DNA from: Pecten maximus
Taxonomy: Eukaryota
NCBI RefSeq assembly: GCF_902652985.1
Contig: NC_047023.1
Coordinates: forward strand, 24,614,001 to 24,678,000
Direction: 5' to 3'
Length of the DNA: 64,000 nucleotides
The notes under the pieces are model-generated. The model did no database searches. It was not told the origin of the DNA and worked only from the letters and a program-made list of their open reading frames with translations. Made by a program: the position numbers and the translations under genes. This document shows, one piece after another, positions 11,654-23,492 of this stretch. Position 1 is the stretch's first letter. Each line of letters begins with the position of its first letter.

Positions 11654-11792
11654 CTGAAAGAATAAGAAAGGGGTGTGGTAAATACATGAATATTTCCCCA
11701 GATAGATACGAAAAGTGGAAACTATTATACATAATAGACCTTAATATTGACGATTATTTAAAGAACAAATTATAAACATGAGCAAATATTAC

Positions 11793-12035
11793 CTGTTGGG
11801 AATGGTAGATGTCGTCATCAAAAACATCATCGTCGTCGTCGTCGTCATACCGGTTGTGATTACGTCGCTGTCTACGTTGACGCCGCTGTCGTCGTTGTCT
11901 AGCTTCCTTTTTCTTTTCGTAGCAGAGATAACACTGCTTACACATCCAACACGAACAGAAACCAACCACAACGCCTGCCACTATTAACCCAGCGATGATT
12001 GCGATGATGAAGTACAGAGGAATGGTTCCGAACAT
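11793..12035 (-). CDS. Exon 1 of the ~1260-aa protein: N-terminal TM anchor, juxtamembrane Cys cluster, (RQR)n and poly-D
   Basis: MFGTIPLYFIIAIIAGLIVAGVVVGFCSCWMCKQCYLC...; 81 codons then CAG|GTAAT phase-0 donor, in frame with exon 2. Confidence 0.8.
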
Positions 12036-13849
12036 GACTCAACTGAAACGTAGCATTTTGTAGATTCAAGAACTAGCGGAGATCTAGTTATCATTTCAGA
12101 ATTACAATATTAACTATGCAAAGTGTAGATAATATTGGTTGGTCATTTTGTATCCTTATAAGTGTAAATAGTATATATATATATATAAAGAGAGCAAACT
12201 ATTAACAGATTATAAAATTACACTTAAAAAAGTACTAGATCAATAAGACAAAGTGTCTTCTGCCTTATAGAAAACACCTGTCATGCAAATTTAGGTAAAA
12301 GTCAGGATATCCACGTCAAATAACGAGAACCAAGTTAGTGATAAATATCTCGTATGTCTTGGTGTGTTAGTGTGTTGATGCATCACGCAGGAATAAATGC
12401 CCTTACGGATAATTTTCAAAGGGCAATTCAGTTTGTTTACAATTTAAATAAAACATTATGTTAACATGAGACAGATGCATTATCATATAGTACATGTATA
12501 TATAATTATACCGTTTTGTCAAGAATATTAACTTATCTTTTAATGCTTGGGCTTATCAATCCCAAACTGGGAACTACTTAACAACTCTTACTTATTTATT
12601 TATCTATTTATTCATGTTTGCAAACATAAAGTTCACATATATTTCAAGGTGTTGTATCGAAGGTACAGTTATAAGGCTTAATGGTGTTAACCATACTGAC
12701 ATCTGTTATATACTATATTACCGTAGAGGGAAAAAGTTCATAATATACAACTTAACGTTCTTTTGAAATATTGTACATTATGCAAATCTAATATCAAAGA
12801 TTTTCAAATGTATTGAATAATGGGTCTTCTGCACCTCCTATCTAGGTTTTTGGGCATTTCTTCCTGTTTGTGTAGCGTTTTGGTCGCCTTCTTTAGCATC
12901 ACTGACGAGTCATAGATGGACAAAACTGCGGTAAAGTGCAGTTTAATTCATTTTCGCTCTACTGTATTTAAATGTATCTTGGGTGTCCTTTGTACAATCC
13001 ATACAGTTACAATAATACACATGTTTTAGGTAGCTTTAAGTCGGTAAGTTGAGGTCACGGTTATAAACCCGTCTACACTGTGAGGATTATTATCAAACTT
13101 TAACCGAGTACTGACATCAGCTTGTATAGCAGGAGGGCTTAATGAGGTCAAGTGTTAATCGTGTTAATCCACTTTTATATTATACTACATATACACGTAT
13201 TTAGAATCTCCCCATAGCATATCAGTAAAGACGTGTATACTTTATGATAAGTGATGCTGATGTAATGCTTTTGTTACATCGAATACGTCATTATTACTCT
13301 AATTTGAAACGCAATATTGAAATTTATTGAAAATAATATTCTTTTGTAGAAGAGTTTGGCATTTGATATATTTCTAGTATTTAATCCGTTTTGGCTCTTT
13401 ATCTCACTCTCAATTTGTTCTGAAAGATGTTAATATTTTGTGTCTTTTGTACTATTCTCTGACTTAATGAAAACTTAATGTAAGTTTAACTAATGTCAAA
13501 TGTTGTAAACGGATGAATTATTCCTATCAAAAACAGAAGAATAAGTTTAATAATTGTGATTCAATGTCGTTCCCGAAACGGCAAGATGCTGTGAACAATA
13601 AATATAATTGAGGTAAGAGAGTTCATGTGATATTCGACAGACAAATGCCTAACTAATAACTATAGACCCCGATATAACAGGAGTAATCACTAACCGGTAA
13701 CACGGGAGATTATCTAAAGTAGTCGTCTCTGGCTGATTTTATTATAATTATGATAATTCACTTACCTTTAAGTTCTATATTTTGCCAAAATATTAATCCA
13801 TTTTATAATAATGATGACGGGAATACTGTGGTTGTCGTGTGTCGTGTGT

Positions 13850-14010
13850 CATGTGACATCATCCTAGCTTGTTGAATAACGTCATGTGATATCCTTCTAG
13901 GTGTTGAGTAACGTCATGTGATATCCTTCTAGGTGTTGAGTAACGTCATGTGGTATCCTGCATAGCTGTTGACTTACGTCATACGATATCATCCTAGCTG
14001 TTGAGTAACT
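13850..14010. repeat. Short ~33-bp tandem repeat (GTCATGTGATATCCTTCTAGGTGTTGAGTAAC-like), ~5 copies
   Basis: Direct repeats visible in the sequence. Confidence 0.75.
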
Positions 14011-14588
14011 TGTTTTGCCATTACGGATATTGTTATCGGTCAGTGTGTTAACATCAAATAAATAATCCAGTAATCCAAATTATCCAGTATCACTAATCCT
14101 CCGATAATGTTATTATTAGTTTAGCGCTTATATAGCGGGTGTATTAAAATGGTCAGCATAAAAAGCATAACCTAAATACTTCTATAACACATCTGGATTA
14201 TAAAAAAATTTTATACACCTCCTACAATATTGACTAACGTCCATACCACCAAACAAGGAATCATCATATGAATATTCTGTCCTTATTCCATCTGACATTA
14301 ATAAATAACATATCAGTTATCACGGAAGAGTTGTTGTTTTCAATGGGCTCTACTTTTGCCAATTAGACATAAAACAAATCGAAAATTCTGATATTTTAAA
14401 AATATCATCAACAGAGAAATTATAGCCCGTTTCGTAATTTCTGCGAAGAATACCGCGTCCATTTCGTTTTCAAGCCTTTGATAAAAATACTAAACAGTCA
14501 ACCTTCCTGGTCATCTCTAGGCGTTTGATTTATATATGTATATACAACATAGCAAAGCAACACAACTGACGAAGGAAGATAACTTTAT

Positions 14589-14683
14589 GACTCGTACCCT
14601 GACCGGGCCTCGAACTCACGATCTACGGCACCCAATCGCCTAGCCAGAAATACCCGCAGCTAATACCGCTGCTCCACATCGGC
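14589..14683 (-). mobile_element. tRNA-derived SINE head
   Basis: Reverse complement GCCGATGTGGAGCAGCGG (A box) ... GAGTTCGAGGCCCGG (B box), with non-tRNA spacing. Confidence 0.65.
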
Positions 14684-15184
14684 GTTCTTAACAAGAACTT
14701 TTTAATGGTGCAGCGATGGCCGGCCCGATATCCTGATATGATCATTGTGGAAGTCATCTATTCGATGATATGCATACCTGGATCGCAAAGTATATACAGT
14801 ATTGTATCTGTTATCTTCTCTCCCTATTTGTTGATGCTGTTTCAAGACTCCATATTTCATTTCCCTGTATCTGTTTTGTTCATCGTTATAAACAATACAT
14901 AGCTCAGCTCAGATATGTGGAGACAAAAGTTATAATTTGTGAAGAGTTTTACTGATTTTACTGACAAGGTAACAATAAACAGTGAACTAACACAAATAAT
15001 ACAATGCATTATAATGCATCTGATCACATTAATGAGATAAATCTTATAATCATGAGGATTGTATATAAATAAGCGAAGGAAACATAAGTTAATAAACACA
15101 GAATAAGTAAAAATGACTTAATAACATTTACTGAGGTAATCAATGTTTCATTTCATTTAACACAGCTTAACATAACATCTTAAT

Positions 15185-15575
15185 CAACTTGAACGAACTG
15201 TCATACAAACATCTTATTGAACACGAACAGATTATCATATAAAAATACATATATTATTGAACATGGACGGACTATTATATAAACATCTTAGTGAACATGG
15301 ACGGACTATTATATAAACATCTTATTGAACATAGACGAACATTCATATAAACATCTTATTGAACATAGACGAACTATCATGTAAACATTTTATTGAACAT
15401 GGATGAACTACTGTAAAATAAAAATTTATGTACCAATGAACATGAACAGACTATCATATAAACATCATACTGGGCATGGACAGATAATCATATACAGTGT
15501 AAACATCTTATTGAACATGGACGGGCTATTATATAAAAAAAATCTTATTGAACTAGGACAGACTATCACATATAA
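15185..15575. repeat. Degenerate ~34-bp tandem repeat (TTATTGAACATGGACGGACTATTATATAAACATC)
   Basis: About 10 diverged units. Confidence 0.75.
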
Positions 15576-17599
15576 ATAACATTGATTGTTGAAAAAATAA
15601 ATAACACTAAAAATGCCCTATTCTTTGAGTGTATTATATGATTTAGTCTATCAATTTTTTAATCGATGCTAATGAAATAGACAGAGGGTCCCCAGCAGAA
15701 GTCGAATGTTTATAAACAACCGCTACGCGTTGGGAAACCTGTTTTTCTTACACTTTTTATCTACATATGTGTCGTGTTCAAATTCTATCAACGTATCGAT
15801 TAAATTCAAATCACTAGGCGACAAAAAGTAAGTCGTTGTGAAGGAAAGTTTATATTTTTTGTATGAAGACTATTGCTTATGGTAATATATTTGCAAAATA
15901 TGTTTGTGTTTTTATTAATAGAACTCTTGTTTAAATGACTCCGAGCAATTATTCAAAGATGACACTGCGAAGTCGAGCGTCACAGCTGAATATAAGATTA
16001 ATAATTGTCAGATTCAATCATCGATACTTTCTTAGACTCAGTAGGTATGCTAAAATAAAGCGATGTTCAAAGTTCATCCTAAGATTTGTTTATTCAAGAC
16101 AGCACGTATTTCAATAAATATTTCGGAAACCGAGCTGGATTGCTCAGCAGTGTATTTCACACTTTTCAGTGTATTTACATGAAATCTCTTTATCCGTTTG
16201 TTTGTATTTGTTTGTTTGTTTTCTTCTGTTAGTGACAAGATTCGTACCGAGTGACACCGACCTAGCCCAGTATCAGGGAAAGGGAAGCTCGAGACTTAGT
16301 GACTACTTGATAAACTACTACAAACGATATGATATCTCACTTCCTTGAATAGTCTATTCTATATACGACTCAAACCCCAGATTAATTGACTTTTCGATGA
16401 GGCACCCCTCTCTCTCATTCATGACAATGCTGACCCACAGCATATCCACACAAAAAAATGTTGATGTTTTGAATGATGACAACAAAAAGAATCAAAGGGC
16501 CAAAGGCCCTGAGAAACGTCAGGGTCCGAGGTCATGAAATAAGAGCTTTAAAATTGGAATTTATAGTCAGACCGCTACATTTGTATCAGATGAAATGTCT
16601 TAATATGGTTATTCCTATTTTATATATATTCAAGAAAACATGTATTTATCTGCTGAAAACTTTCCAATAGCTGAGGATAGATCTTTCCCTGATGTAATTA
16701 TTTAATGTTTGTGGAAGATTATTGAAATACTTCTGAATCAGTAAAGCTGCTTATAAACTTTGGGGGAAAAATCAACTTAAAGACAAATCGGTCTATTAAC
16801 AGTTTCATATACAATCAGAGATAAAATCCAAGATGTACACAGCTTAGTTTTTTTTATTTATATTATAAGATGTTAATTAGGCTCAGCCAAAATCTATTTT
16901 ATGACCCCTAGTGACATCGAAAATGCAAATATTTTACCTCCGATAGAAAACTGCGGTCGCGTTGTCGGTCACTCTGTCCGACGAGACAATATTAAATAGG
17001 TCTAGTTTTGACAAACAAAACGCCAGTACATCAGTCACGGATCATAACCATTAGATTATTTTCAAATTAACAAATAATAATCTTATTTAATCAAATCCTC
17101 ATGAAAAACGGCAAAGTAGTTTGTTACAACTTGCCTTCAATTCCCGTTGTTATTTCTGCTGTATTTTAGCGACATACAAATAAATTTGGAACTGTGAACG
17201 ATCGCTGGTTTAGTTACATTAGACATAACCGCCATTTTGGCTGATGATCACGTGATTAGTCATGTGACAGCTGAAGTTATCCCTGTTCCGCTGCAAAGCT
17301 ATTTATAGAATTGTAAACATTTTACTACGTAAACACGGTTGGTTTTAGGCTTATATGAAATGTTCATGCATATGAACTCAGGACAAACATATGAGTCTAA
17401 GACATGTGAATAGTTTTTTCTGGGGATGCATGTAAATTTCCACGACGATCAAAGTGATTTTTTTACTTTCGTTTTCAAGGCAGGATTGAGACAGAACTAC
17501 GTAATCCTACGCCATCATCTAATTGCATATACTGGTGAGGAATTGTTTATGTTTACAATCTAAAATAGTCTAGAACACCAAACATTCATATTTCATTTT

Positions 17600-19727
17600 A
17601 AACAAGAGGCCCATGGGGCCTGTATCGCTCACCTGGTTGGATTTGACCAAATGTCAAAATAATGTTCATATTCAATTTGTTAATACACATACTCTCTAAG
17701 GGACTGAAAGACCCTATGGATTATTTTTACAACCTATTTGTGTTTGAAGAAACTAAGTCCCTTAGGGTGGGGAAAGACCCTTGGGCCTATTTTTACATCA
17801 GAATTGTGTTTATCCCTTAATGTCCAGCGATGTTATACATAGTTATGGGATGGAGGGTCACAGTAACCATTTATGCAAAATCTGTTCCCCTTTCACCAAG
17901 GATGTTTCTGACCAAATTCGGTTCAAATCCATTTAAAACTTTATGACTAGGAGCGATATAAAGACAGATCTCTATTTCCCCTATTTGGCCCCACCCTTCA
18001 GGCCCCTTGGGGTTCAGAGTCAATATTTACATAAACTTTCTTTCCCCTCTTCCCCCAAGGATATTCCAGACCAAATGTGGTTCAAATCCATACATAACTT
18101 TATGATAAATAGCGATTCATAGGATAAACCCCTATTTTCCCTATTGAGCCCCGCCCCTAATGCCCCTGGGGGTTCAGAGTAAAAATTTATACAAACACGA
18201 TTCCCCTTCTCCCAAGGATGTTCCTGACCAAATTTGGTTCAAATGCATTCATAACTTTACGACTAGTAGCAATTTAAAGGATTAACCCCTATTTCCCCTC
18301 TTAGACTCCGCCCCTCAGGCCCCTGGGGGTTCAGAGTAAAATTTATACAAACTCTGTTTCCCTCCCCCCCCCCCCCCCCCCCCCCAGAATGTTCCTGGCC
18401 AAATTTGGTTCTAATTCATTCATAACTTTATGACTTGTAGCGATTTAAAGACTAATCTCTATTTCCCCTATTTGGCTCCGATCCTCAGGCCCCTGGGGGT
18501 TCAGAGTAAAAATGTATTAAAACTCTGTTCCCCTTCTCCCAAGGATGTTCCTGACCAAATTTGGTTCTAATTCATTCATAACTTTATGACTAGTAGTGAT
18601 TTAAAAGATTAACCCTATTTCCCCTATTTGGCCCGGCCCCTCAGGCCCCTAGGGGTTCAGAGTAAAAAATTATACAAACTCTGTTCCCCTTCCCCCAAGA
18701 TTGTTCCTGACCAAATCTAGTTAAAATCCATTAAAACTTTATGACTAGTAGCGATTTAAAGACTAATCTCTATTTCCCCTATTTGGCCCCGCCCCCAGGT
18801 CCCTGGGAGGCCAGATCCATTGTTTATACAAAATTGGTTCCCCTTCACCCAAGGATGCTTCAAACCAAATATGAATCAAATCCCTTCATTTCTACAGAAG
18901 AAGAAGGATTTTAAAGAATTCGCTATATTTCCCCTATTGGGCCCCACCCCTTAGGCCACTGGGAGGGCAGACCCACCGTTTATACAAAATTGGTTCCCCT
19001 TCACCCAAGGATATTTCAGACCAAACATGGATCAAACCCCTTTATTCCTACAGAAGAAGAAGGATTTCAAAGAATTTGCTATATCTCCCCTATTGGGCCC
19101 CGCCCCTCAGACCCCTGGGAGGCCAGATCCACCGTTTATACAAAATTGGTTCCCCTTCACCCAAGGATGCTTCAGACCAAACATGGATCAAATCCCTTTA
19201 TTCCTGCAGAAGAAGAAGGATTTCAAAGAATTTGCTATATTTCCCCTATTGGGCCCCGCCCCTAAGGCCCCTGGGAGGGCCAGACCCATCGTTTAAACAA
19301 AATTGATTCCCCTTCACCCAAGGATGCTTCAGACCAAATATGAATCAAATCCCTTCATTTCTAGAGTAGAAGAAGGATTTTAAAGAATTTGCTATATTTC
19401 CCCTATTGGGCCCCGCCCCTCAGGCCCCTGGGGGGAGGGCCAGACCCACAGTTTATACAAAATTGGTTCCCCTTCACCCCAGGATGCTTCAGACCAAATA
19501 TGAATCAAATCCCTTCATTTCTACAGAAGAAGAAGGATTTTAAAGAATTTGCAATATTTCCCCTATTGGGCCCCGCCCCTAAGGCCCCTGGGGGGCCAGA
19601 CCCACCGTTTATACAAAATTGGTTCCCCTTCACCCAAGGATGCTTCAGACCAAATTTGGTCAAAATCCACTGAGTAATTTAGGACTTTAGCGATTTAAAG
19701 GAAAGGTTTGCGGACGGACGACGGACG
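17600..19727 (+). mobile_element. Non-autonomous Helitron/Helentron-like (HINE-type) element with an internal ~157-bp tandem array
   Basis: Begins AAACAAGAGGCCCATGGGGCCTGTATCGCTCACCTG, has ~12 internal monomers and ends in a (CGGA)/GGACGACGGACG microsatellite; this architecture is common in bivalves. Family assignment is from recall, not a database search. Confidence 0.7.
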
Positions 19728-19896
19728 AGTAGTAAAAGTAATCCGTGGTCAAGGCCTGTGGTCAGAAATGATCAATCCTAGGCTTTGAAAGTGGTAACAC
19801 ACCACGGTGGGTAAACAAAAACAATAACACACTTAAACGAATTTTATCACGTGACATATCAGTTTCGAAACAGGCAAAGTTACGGGATAATTAAGT

Positions 19897-21249
19897 CTAA
19901 CAATCCGTTGAATCCTTCCTATGATGAGGTTCATACAAAATGGCTCGAACTTCTGGACCTTTCACAGCAGGAATATTATTAAATGTCGTCTGTTTTTCAA
20001 GTCCAGGTTTTATAATGTCATGCGCATCGCTTTTCTCCGGGAATGGATCATACATACCTACAGGAGATTCCACATTGCCCGGTATTGCAGCAAGTCTCGG
20101 CGGTCGCGAGACTTTGGGTTTTCGCGCCATTTTCTTGGCATCCTCAAGAAAGTTGTGGATGTAGGTATTGTCTGTGTTGTTTACACGATTGTCATATATC
20201 ATGTTGTACTCGATACGATTTATCGGAGGAGTGACATCGCCCGAGCTATCTTTGCTGGGGTACGTTATGCTATCCGGGTAACTTTTCAGTGGAATGTCCC
20301 AAAGTGTGATTGGGTGACTGGCAGCTTTAGATGGATATCGTAGATAGGAGTGATCACGAGTCCGTGGAATGTCTTGTGGTCGGAGAGGGACAGCTGTGGG
20401 ACAACTAGCGATGTCACTAAAAGGCACCCTGTGGTCACTTGCTGCTGTTGGAGGAATATTTACACTGTTGACATCTACCGATTTAGCAGTCGAAGTTAAG
20501 GAACGCTGTGGAAATATGTCTATTTCAGCTTCAACATCATTGGGTAAAATTGTCGACGGATGTCCAATAGATTTTGACTGAGTAGAGTAACTTTTTGGAA
20601 GTGGACTTGGCGGCTTTAACACACTTAAATCCGTTTGAACATTTGCCGATTTAAATCTTCGCTCTGGACTACTCATAGCGGAAGTGGATGCATCCTTTGT
20701 TGTCATAACTATCGGAGTCAATACTTCTGGATTTATTTGCATCGGCGCAACGGCTCTGAGTGTGCGTGGCGTTCTTGCAGACGACATTTTTGACGAAAAT
20801 TGGGACACACTAGGTGTTAGTGAGCCGCGCCTGTCCGTTATGGTTCCAATGTCTTTAGTTGGCATTTCCTCCTCGATACATTCATACTGTGTACCGAAGG
20901 TCTTGGACTTGGGCGAGGGGTAGATGACACGCTCCGCTACGTCCTCGTACTGTGTCCCAGCATTCCTAGCCATCGGTGTGGTATGGATTCGTTCATACTG
21001 AGTTCCGGTGACCTTAGCCATTGGCGTGGTATGACGTGTTGAATGTCTCCCTGCAGACGACGGTATCAGTATCGGGACTGCGTCCAAAGAATGATGGCTG
21101 TCAACACTGACCAGGCGCATCGCACGAGGTTTGACCTCATTAACTCTATATCCATCCAAGGACTCCATGGATACCACGCTCTTTGTTCTTTGTTTTCTAC
21201 TGACATCGTCTTTCCTTCCATCCCTTTCCATAAAAACACCGTCCATTTT
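19897..21249 (-). CDS. FN3/mucin type I membrane protein, last exon (disordered S/T/P-rich cytoplasmic tail)
   Basis: TTTCAG acceptor, phase 0, 450 codons to TAG; repeated GTQYE motifs. Confidence 0.85.
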   Translation of the reverse strand, partial: KMDGVFMERDGRKDDVSRKQRTKSVVSMESLDGYRVNEVKPRAMRLVSVDSHHSLDAVPILIPSSAGRHSTRHTTPMAKVTGTQYERIHTTPMARNAGTQYEDVAERVIYPSPKSKTFGTQYECIEEEMPTKDIGTITDRRGSLTPSVSQFSSKMSSARTPRTLRAVAPMQINPEVLTPIVMTTKDASTSAMSSPERRFKSANVQTDLSVLKPPSPLPKSYSTQSKSIGHPSTILPNDVEAEIDIFPQRSLTSTAKSVDVNSVNIPPTAASDHRVPFSDIASCPTAVPLRPQDIPRTRDHSYLRYPSKAASHPITLWDIPLKSYPDSITYPSKDSSGDVTPPINRIEYNMIYDNRVNNTDNTYIHNFLEDAKKMARKPKVSRPPRLAAIPGNVESPVGMYDPFPEKSDAHDIIKPGLEKQTTFNNIPAVKGPEVRAILYEPHHRKDSTDC

Positions 21250-21621
21250 CTGAAATAAAGTTGCGTTTTAAAATAGTAAAGAGTAATAAATCAATGGAAT
21301 GCAACATCCTTATTCTAATCATTATTTGGATATTTCAACAATAAGACAATTACGTGTTTATATATCATATCTTTGAACAGACTTCTATGTAGTGTAAAGA
21401 TATCGGCAAATTCTACATGAAAAGGTATTTTCGTAAAAGACGAGCTTATTCAGACGAATATACGATTAAGAAAACTCAAAATAACTCTGTTATCTGAATA
21501 TGACAAATATTATTATAAGGTTAACCCATGCTTCATATACGATAGTTACACGGTGCATTAGTCGCCATTGATTAACCAGTGTTTAGCAATGTTTTCTATA
21601 TATTATAAATGTAATCGGTAC

Positions 21622-21803
21622 CCTTTTGTCGAAAACTCTCTCCTCGCCTCTCGTCTTAGCCCCAACAGCTGCTTCCTCGAAACAACACCACCGGCAACAA
21701 CAACAAATTAACAACGACAGCAACAGCAGTAGCAGTAAGGCGCCAACAGCTATGGCCACTAACATCCAAAGGTCAAGGCCAAGGATCTTGTCGTCAGCCG
21801 AGT
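21622..21803 (-). CDS. FN3/mucin membrane protein, TM exon with juxtamembrane CCCCRWCC
   Basis: CCAACAG acceptor; LWMLVAIAVGALLLLLLLSLLICCCCRWCC; AGG|GTACC phase-0 donor. Confidence 0.88.
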
Positions 21804-22450
21804 CTGTTGGAAAGAAGAGTTGAAGACATTTTGTAAAAGCATGCCAAAACCCACACAGACAAAAATGGATATAAAGTCACAGTGCTTCAATAGTTCAGGA
21901 GAGGAAATATAAACCCAACCAACTTTGACACTGCTTATTCGATCTGAAAGATGTTTACATGCATGCCGGCATCATATCCCACTGCTTCGAAAGACTTTGC
22001 AGACATAACAGTAAACTGGATAAACCATCTACCAATTACAGACACCACATTTCCTCCAAACATGTTATCAGTAAATTCAAAATCGACACCATTGAAGTGC
22101 CCCCCTTTGCTAAAGTACGAGACAAGGCAGAATTTATCAGTATTATCTCGTGTAATGTATATAATTCTATCGCAGGAACCTCTCTCCGCTGGTACTGCCA
22201 AACTGATAAGGCTGAAACGTTGGACAAACACGATAAATGACTGAATACGAAAGTCTTTTGAAAGTTTAATCTTTTATCTGACACCATTGCGGTATAAAGC
22301 ATTATCCACAACGTAAGGGGCAACAGGTTAATCTTACAATGTCCGCGTGTGTGTGGTAAAGGAGTCTCTAACTAAACACAACATAACTGAGAAGCAGTCA
22401 ACATGCTATCTAGCACATGTCTTAATCAGGGTACTTAGATGGATGCTTGC

Positions 22451-22879
22451 CTTTGCGTGTAGTTTCTGATGGCCTCGTCATTGCTATGGGCGTGGTCGTA
22501 TGTATTAAGTAGGACGAAGGAAACTTTTTGGTAAAGATTGACGTCATATCACTGCTGCTTGTGGACATAAGCGCTATTGTTGCACCTGAAGTTACCAGTG
22601 GAGCAGTGACTTTAGGAGATAGTTGATTTATCGTAACGGATGATGACGATAATTTCGGGTTTGACACCACATGTGTCGTAGAAATACCGACTGGCAGCGT
22701 TTTCGTGGTTTGTACTATTTTCGTTGTGGCAGGAGTTACAATTCTTGGCGAAGTAATGCTTGTTGACTTGGACGTTATCGGAGCGGTGGTGGTAGTGGTG
22801 CTGGTAGTGGTGGTGCTGGTAGTGGCAGTAGTAGTAGTGGTGGTGACGAGGGTGGTTGATGTAGTGGGAGCTGTAGTAG
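22451..22879 (-). CDS. FN3/mucin membrane protein, Thr/Ser-rich stalk exon
   Basis: TTGTAG acceptor; poly-Thr/Ser/Pro; probable AAG|GCAAGC (GC) donor giving the required phase 1. Confidence 0.8.
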
Positions 22880-23144
22880 CTACAATGAAATAAAGATATT
22901 TATGTTACATCTTCCATATGATCAATGAATTTGAAGTGTAAATTAACAATAGATATATTGGTATTAAATAAAATGTCATGCCTCATGAAGTTCATATTGG
23001 AGAATTAAGTAATAATGAATGTAAAATGATTATGTATCCACTGTATTTCCAGTTGTCTATTTTGTTTACATGTGAGACAATTATTTATCTTTACATAAAA
23101 CGACAGAGGATATGAAAAGAATGATATCTTTATAAGTTACTGAC

Positions 23145-23332
23145 GTAGAGGATTGGTGGTGACGGTGAGAAAGGGTCTGCTCGCTGGACCTAGACCTACG
23201 TCGTTGATACATTGGACTAATATCTGATAGACTGTGGAGGGCTGCAGACCCCGGATGACTCCGGTTAGAGTGCTCTCCCCTGACACATTAGTAGACATTA
23301 CTTTACCACTTACTGCATCTCTATACGTCAAT
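23145..23332 (-). CDS. FN3/mucin membrane protein, C-terminal half of FN3 domain 2
   Basis: LTYRD...IRGLQPSTVYQILVQCINDVGLGPAS: FN3 L-x-P-x-T-x-Y and GxGPxS motifs; AG/GT boundaries in phase. Confidence 0.9.
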
Positions 23333-23492
23333 CTGTATGGTAAAAAGAAACCTTTTGTAAGACATAAGAAATGTTTCTCATACCAAATATAATTGAGATT
23401 TCTCAATTTATTGTTAAGATACTGCTGATATGTAAGCAAATAATTAGATATTATAATACATCTACGATACATACCTATTACACGTAGACGTA

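Noticed and set aside
18990-19673. Short repetitive ORFs
   Set aside because: Translations of the ~156-bp monomers of the HINE-like element
21935-22323. Region open in several frames; considered as an extra (SEA-like) exon of the FN3-mucin gene
   Set aside because: No recognisable domain and no phase-compatible donor/acceptor pair found; the flanking exons join without it
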